Shown in pieces: positions 59,464-64,000 of a DNA stretch of 64,000 bases. Source of the stretch: an uncultured Actinomycetota bacterium. GTDB taxonomy: Bacteria; Actinomycetota; Thermoleophilia; RBG-16-64-13. The notes under the pieces are model-generated. The model searched no databases, was not told where the DNA came from, and worked only from the letters and a program-made list of their open reading frames with translations. A program made the position numbers and the translations under genes. How positions within the stretch are numbered: position 1 is the stretch's first letter; each line of letters begins with the position of its first letter. The DNA lies in assembly GCA_963783835.1 (NCBI GenBank), contig CAWAOX010000018.1:152435-216434 (forward strand), written 5' to 3'.

Positions 59464-59900
59464 CGAGATCTTCCACCGCGGGGTGCTGGTGAAAGCCCAT
59501 GCCCGCCGTCACCCGAAAGACGCACCGCCTCCTGTCCGCGGCCACCACATGTCCCGGTCGAAACCGCTCCCGCCAGAGCCAGCGCCCGGCGGCACACTCA
59601 TGCGCATGGTCGACCCCACCGGCTGCGTGAGCTTCGCGGGAAGGAGTTATCGGATGGGGAAGCCTTTCAAGGGCCTGCAAGTCGAGGTGCGCCTCGAGAA
59701 GGACATGCTGGAGCTGTGGCTAGACGGAGAGCGGATCCGCACCCATAAAGCCACCCACGATCCGAGCAAACTCTACGGGGCCTTCGCCAATCCCGGAGGC
59801 AGACCGCGCAAGAAGAAGGCCTCATGAAGAAATCGCCAAAACCTTCGAGACCTGAGTGACTGTAACAAGAGTACCGGAACTCAAGTGGAACACGGGTACC
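59447..59900 (+). mobile_element. Remnant right end of a second IS481-type (or IS21-type) element: transposase C-terminal fragment plus terminal repeats
   Basis: …RMVDPTGCVSFAGRSYRMGKPFKGLQVEVRLEKDMLELWLDGERIRTH… (post-DDE C-terminal domain). 59850-59900 gtaccggaactcaagtggaacacgggtaccggaacttgacacgtgtacc is the inverted counterpart of the left-end repeats at 26796-26882 (shared aagtggaacac, taccgga, tgacac). Confidence 0.55.
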
Positions 59901-59964
59901 GGAACTTGACACGTGTACCCCAGTGCGGCCCAAGTGTGTCGCAGACCTCGCGGTGGCGGCAGGT

Positions 59965-61344
59965 CTAGCCGAGCGGCTCCAGCTTCGCCGAGAAGTGCCG
60001 GAGGAACGGCGCCTGCTCAACGATGCGGTACCCTGGAAGGGATCCGCGCTCCTCCCAGACCTTCAGCACGACCTCGATAACGTAGTCCATATGCGACTGC
60101 GTGTACGTACGGCGCGGAATCGCAAGGCGCACGAGCTCGCGCTGGCTGACCGTTTCCTCGCCCGTGACCGGGTCCGGACGACCGAACATGAGGGTGCCGA
60201 TCTCGCACGTACGCACGCCACCCAGCTCATACAGAGCGTTGCTCACGGCCACGCCTGGCAACTGACGCTGCGTGAGGTGTGCGGCGAAACGCTTCGCGTC
60301 AAGGTAGATCGCGTGACCACCGGTCGGCCAAAGCAACGGCACGCCGTTGTCGCGCAGGTGCTGGCCAACATAGTGCGTTGAGGCGATGCGGTAGTTGAGA
60401 TAGTCCTCATCGACGGCTTCCTGCATCCCGATGGCAAGCGCCTCCAGATCGCGGCCGGACAAGCCTCCGTACGTTGGAAAGCCTTCGGTGAGGATGAGAA
60501 GGATGCGCTCCTCACGGGCCAGCTCGGCATCGCGAGTGGCAAGGAAGCCGCCCATATTGACAATCGCGTCCTTCTTGGCACTCATGGTGCAGCCCTCGGC
60601 GAGGCCGCACATCTCGCGCACGATGTCGCTCACCGACTTCTGGGCGTAGCCGGGCTCCCGTTGCTTTATGAGGAAGGCGTTCTCGGCGATGCGACAGGCA
60701 TCGAGGTAAAGCGGTTTGCCGAACTCGCGGCATACCTCCGCGACGGCATTCGCGTTCGCCATCGACACGGGTTGTCCGCCACCGGAGTTGTTTGTGACGG
60801 TGAGCATCACGAGCGGGATACGGTTGGCGCCGTAATCGGCGAAGGCTGCGCGTAGCCCAGTGACGTCCATGTCGCCCTTGAACGGGTAGTCACTCTCCAT
60901 GTCGCCAAGCTGTGGGGAGGGAAGGTCGAGCGCCAGCGCTCCGCGGGACTCGATGTTGGCGCGTGTTGTGTCGAAATGGCTGTTGTTGGGGACAACGTCG
61001 CCCTCGCTGCACATCACGCTGAAGAGGATTCGCTCAGCCGCACGACCCTGGTGGGTCGGTATTACGTGTTCGAAACCCATCAGGTCGCGCACCGAGTCCT
61101 GGAAACGGAAGAACGACGGGCTGCCGGCGTAGCTCTCGTCGCCCCGCATAACGCCGGCCCACTGTTTCGCGCTCATCGCGCCCGTGCCTGAGTCGGTGAG
61201 TAGGTCGATGATCACGTCTTCCGAGTGCAGGCCAAAGATGTTGTAGTCGGCCTCGGCGAGCATGGTTCTACGCTGGCCGGGGGTCGTTAGCTTGATCTGC
61301 TCGACGACTTTAATGCGGAACGGCTCGATGATGGTCTTGAACAT
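59965..61344 (-). CDS. tnaA: Tryptophanase / tyrosine phenol-lyase family beta-eliminating lyase (PLP-dependent)
   Basis: MFKTIIEPFRIKVVEQIKLTTPGQRR...SAKKDAIVNMGG (PLP-Lys region). 459 aa, typical TnaA/Tpl length. Confidence 0.8.
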   Translation of the reverse strand: MFKTIIEPFRIKVVEQIKLTTPGQRRTMLAEADYNIFGLHSEDVIIDLLTDSGTGAMSAKQWAGVMRGDESYAGSPSFFRFQDSVRDLMGFEHVIPTHQGRAAERILFSVMCSEGDVVPNNSHFDTTRANIESRGALALDLPSPQLGDMESDYPFKGDMDVTGLRAAFADYGANRIPLVMLTVTNNSGGGQPVSMANANAVAEVCREFGKPLYLDACRIAENAFLIKQREPGYAQKSVSDIVREMCGLAEGCTMSAKKDAIVNMGGFLATRDAELAREERILLILTEGFPTYGGLSGRDLEALAIGMQEAVDEDYLNYRIASTHYVGQHLRDNGVPLLWPTGGHAIYLDAKRFAAHLTQRQLPGVAVSNALYELGGVRTCEIGTLMFGRPDPVTGEETVSQRELVRLAIPRRTYTQSHMDYVIEVVLKVWEERGSLPGYRIVEQAPFLRHFSAKLEPLG

Positions 61345-61386
61345 GGCTCCCCCATTTGGCCTGCCAGTTGCTTTCGGAACGGGCGA

Positions 61387-61426
61387 GTGCTACTTTGTAT
61401 CCAGATTGTATCCAAAAAAGGTCAGA
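61387..61426. promoter_or_regulatory. Palindromic candidate GntR operator in the divergent tnaA / gntR promoter region
   Basis: TGTATCCAgatTGTATCCAA ...(10 nt)... TTGGATACAg gives inverted TGTATCCAA/TTGGATACA half-sites. Confidence 0.45.
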
Positions 61427-61491
61427 TTGGATACAGAAAGCGCGGGTGGGCTGGAACGGCGAACCGACGACCGGGGCCCGGGGGGCTGGGT

Positions 61492-62154
61492 ATGGAAACG
61501 GATCGGGTTTACGAACGGCTACTTGACCTTATCATCACGCTCCAACTGGAACCTGGCTCGACGGTCACCCAGGCTTATCTCACCGATCTCCTTGACTGCG
61601 GGCGCACGCCTCTCAGGGAAGCCACCCAGCGACTGATGGTCGAAGGTCTGGTGGTTCACACGCCCAACCGCGGGATCTCCATCGCTCCTCTCGACATACG
61701 TCAATTCGGGCAGGCGGACGAAGCCTACCGGTGCGTGCATTCACAGGCCATAAGGCGTGCTGCGCTTCGCAGGACTGACTCGCAGGTCGCCGATCTTCAG
61801 GCCCTCCTCCATGAAGCGGAGTCGCTGCTGGCCGGCGCTCATCCCTCAGAGGCCGCCTTGCTTGATGTGAAGTTCCATAGCCTCCTTGCTGAGGCGTCGC
61901 AGAACCAGTATCTGGCCGAGGACGCCGCCCGGCTGGAGAAGTTGCTCGTCCGCTTCGTATCTCTCTTCCATTCCGCACCCGGGGTGCACAAAGAAGTCTG
62001 GGATTATCACCAAAAGATTCTCGATGCCGTCCGCGATCAGGACCCCGACGAGGCGGAGAGACTTTTTTTCGCGCACATCGACGTGGTCAGACAGGATGTC
62101 CTTGGCGCCTGGGGCATGCCCGATGTCTTCCAGAACGCCGCGAGAAGGGGGTGA
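61492..62154 (+). CDS. GntR-family (FadR/FCD-type) transcriptional regulator
   Basis: wHTH RVYERLLDLIITLQLEPGSTVTQAYLTDLLDCGRTPLREATQRLMVEGLV plus an FCD-like helical C-terminal domain. Confidence 0.75.
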   Translation: METDRVYERLLDLIITLQLEPGSTVTQAYLTDLLDCGRTPLREATQRLMVEGLVVHTPNRGISIAPLDIRQFGQADEAYRCVHSQAIRRAALRRTDSQVADLQALLHEAESLLAGAHPSEAALLDVKFHSLLAEASQNQYLAEDAARLEKLLVRFVSLFHSAPGVHKEVWDYHQKILDAVRDQDPDEAERLFFAHIDVVRQDVLGAWGMPDVFQNAARRG

Positions 62155-62263
62155 TGGCGGGACCGGAGAACAGGGTGCTTGGGCACCATATGCCGCGCTT
62201 GTTCCCAGGAAGGCTGCTCGAAGAGTTGATGAACGTGCAAGTTCCATTTGGGGGAGGTTGAAC

Positions 62264-64000
62264 ATGTCAGTGCGAGAAGATGGCAGCAAAGAGGCAGATC
62301 AATTCGACATACCCGCGACCAAGGCGGTCAGTCGCCGTGAGTTCCTCAAACTAGCGGGCATCACTGGGGCGGTCGTCAGCTTGGGCGGCGGTCTCGGAGC
62401 GCTGCTGGCCGCCTGTGGTGGGGAGACCACGACCACAACGGTCGCTGGGGCGACCACGACCGCCGGCGTGACCACGACGGCTGCCGGCGCGACCACCACG
62501 ACGGCTGCGGTCACCAGCACCAGCGCGGCCGGAGGCATGGGCGAGAAGGTGGTCATCGCCGTAGAGGACTTCGGGCGGGACATCCCCTTCTCGTGGTTGA
62601 ACGGGCCCCGGGACGCGCGCCCGTGGCTACAGATATGGGATCCCTTGATCGAAGTCAGCAACGCCGAGCCGGCCAACTTCAAGCCCGGGCTGTTCACCGA
62701 GTGGACCCACTCCGACGACTACAAGACCTGGACCTTCAAAGTCCGCCAAGGGGTCATGTTCCACGAGGACAACGGGGAATTGACGTCTGAAGACGTGAAG
62801 TGGTCCATCGAGCAGACTCTGCGCCCGGATGCGCAGGGCTTCGCGAACGTCGTCTTCCAGCAGAGCCTTGAGTCGATAGAGGCGCCCGACAAGTACACCG
62901 TGGTGACCAATTGGAAGCGGGGCTTCTGGGAAGCCCTGGACCAGCTGTGCATCCTGGGTGCCAACCCGAACATCACCTGCAAGGCGTACATGGAGAAGGT
63001 CGGCGAGGAGGCCGCCATGTCGCATCCGATCGGGACGGGGCCCTATCATTTCGTATCCGGGACGCAGGGCAGCAACTACCTGTTCGAGGTCGTACCGGAC
63101 CACTGGCGCGTCGCCGGCGGCTTCAAGCAGATTGAATACCAGGCCGTGCCTGACGAGGCGACCCGGGTGGCCGGTCTTCAGTCCGGTCAGTTCGACGTGG
63201 TCATGGCCACGGGCGACTCGCTCAAGCAGATCCAGTCGGCCGGCCTCAACGTTGCTGATTTTCCAGGGATATCTCACTACTTCGTCAACATGCCCGGGCT
63301 GACTACCCCGGCGTTCAAGGACTACAACCCGGATTTCCCCTGGGTTGGTCAGCCGGATGCTGCCAGCCAGGAAAAAGCTCTGAAAGTGCGCAAAGCACTC
63401 AACCTGGCCGTTAACAAGCAGGCCATCATCGACGCATTCTGGCAAGGTCACGGAACTCAGGTCCCCTTCGGCTATTTCTATTATCCGGGGGCTCCGGGCT
63501 ACAGCGACAAGTGGGCCATTCCCCCGTATGACCCCGACCAGGCGAAGCAGTTGCTCGCCGAGGCAGGCTATGCCGAAGGCTTCGAGATCCCCGTCCTCAT
63601 GGTCAACCAGGCGGTCGATGGGCCGCAGATCATGGAGGCCGTTGCGCAGGATTGGGAGAAGATCGGCCTCAAAGTCGCCCGGGCAAGTGGCGGGATGATG
63701 GACCTGGTACCCCAGATCCAAACCGCCACGTGGACACAGGCCTGGGTCTTCGCCTACCCTCAAGTAATCGGCAACGCGACCACCGGCATGTATGACAACA
63801 TCGGCGTCGGCAGTCCCGGTAACGTGTTCATCAGGAACGATGCGATCGAGGCTGAATTGACGGCTGCCAAGGACGAATTGGATGAGGCCAAGCGCACCTC
63901 GATGACGAGCGCCATCGGGCAAGAGATGTACGACGCGTTCTACGGCGTGATGATCGGTATCAAGGCCATGACGTACGGTACGAACGCCAAGATCGGTGGG
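62264..64000 (+). CDS. Family-5 (DppA/OppA-like) ABC substrate-binding lipoprotein, 3' end outside window
   Basis: GGAGGT RBS. Tat-like SRREFLKLAG plus lipobox LLAAC, a T/A linker, then an SBP_bac_5-like body (…GTGPYHFVS…, …LNLAVNKQAIIDAF…). The ORF is not in the track because it has no stop within the window. Confidence 0.75.
   Translation, partial: MSVREDGSKEADQFDIPATKAVSRREFLKLAGITGAVVSLGGGLGALLAACGGETTTTTVAGATTTAGVTTTAAGATTTTAAVTSTSAAGGMGEKVVIAVEDFGRDIPFSWLNGPRDARPWLQIWDPLIEVSNAEPANFKPGLFTEWTHSDDYKTWTFKVRQGVMFHEDNGELTSEDVKWSIEQTLRPDAQGFANVVFQQSLESIEAPDKYTVVTNWKRGFWEALDQLCILGANPNITCKAYMEKVGEEAAMSHPIGTGPYHFVSGTQGSNYLFEVVPDHWRVAGGFKQIEYQAVPDEATRVAGLQSGQFDVVMATGDSLKQIQSAGLNVADFPGISHYFVNMPGLTTPAFKDYNPDFPWVGQPDAASQEKALKVRKALNLAVNKQAIIDAFWQGHGTQVPFGYFYYPGAPGYSDKWAIPPYDPDQAKQLLAEAGYAEGFEIPVLMVNQAVDGPQIMEAVAQDWEKIGLKVARASGGMMDLVPQIQTATWTQAWVFAYPQVIGNATTGMYDNIGVGSPGNVFIRNDAIEAELTAAKDELDEAKRTSMTSAIGQEMYDAFYGVMIGIKAMTYGTNAKIGG

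Overview
High-GC bacterial chromosome segment (roughly two-thirds G+C by eye, frequent GTG/TTG starts) with two distinct parts. 

Part 1 (1-26.7 kb) is a core-like region:
- The 3' portion of dnaB carries an in-frame intein with a LAGLIDADG homing endonuclease.
- A COG2509-like FAD oxidoreductase.
- A large de novo purine cluster: purA, a purD-purE fusion, purB, purS, purQ, a small zinc-ribbon ORF, purL and purF, then after an interruption purM, purN and purH.
- The interruption is a minus-strand operon preceded by a cobalamin riboswitch: BtuF-like SBP, FecCD/BtuC-like permease, a BtuD-like ATPase with an extra C-terminal domain, and a 14-heme NapC/NirT-type c cytochrome.
- A minus-strand operon (Cys-rich membrane protein, class-I glutamine amidotransferase, amidohydrolase-2).
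- tRNA-Lys(UUU) with a textbook sigma70 promoter and an intrinsic terminator.

Part 2 (26.8-59.9 kb) is an accessory island inserted right after the tRNA:
- An IS481-family element whose transposase is split by a nested IS110-family element.
- A visibly lower-GC ~27 kb catabolic block:
  - HyuA/HyuB ATP-dependent hydantoinase/oxoprolinase-type pair, M24 creatinase/prolidase-like peptidase, SDR, two cyclase-family (kynurenine-formamidase/isatin-hydrolase-type) paralogs, two RidA paralogs, two variant MBL-fold hydrolases, a VOC/glyoxalase enzyme and two TatD-like amidohydrolases.
  - Two orphan branched-chain-type SBPs and an IclR regulator.
  - An OYE/TMADH-like FMN-FeS-FAD enzyme, a cytoplasmic Mo-bisPGD enzyme with a ferredoxin subunit, and a CoxMSL-type xanthine-dehydrogenase-family molybdoenzyme.
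  - The block is organised as two paralogous modules.
- High-GC prophage debris (DNA methyltransferase, TerS and TerL fragments) and a second IS481-type right end at 59.9 kb.

Downstream are tryptophanase, a GntR regulator with a palindromic operator, and a 3'-truncated family-5 SBP. At least a dozen genes, including essential purM, show single-base frameshifts, so the assembly is probably indel-prone. I treat most frameshifts as sequence errors rather than pseudogenes.
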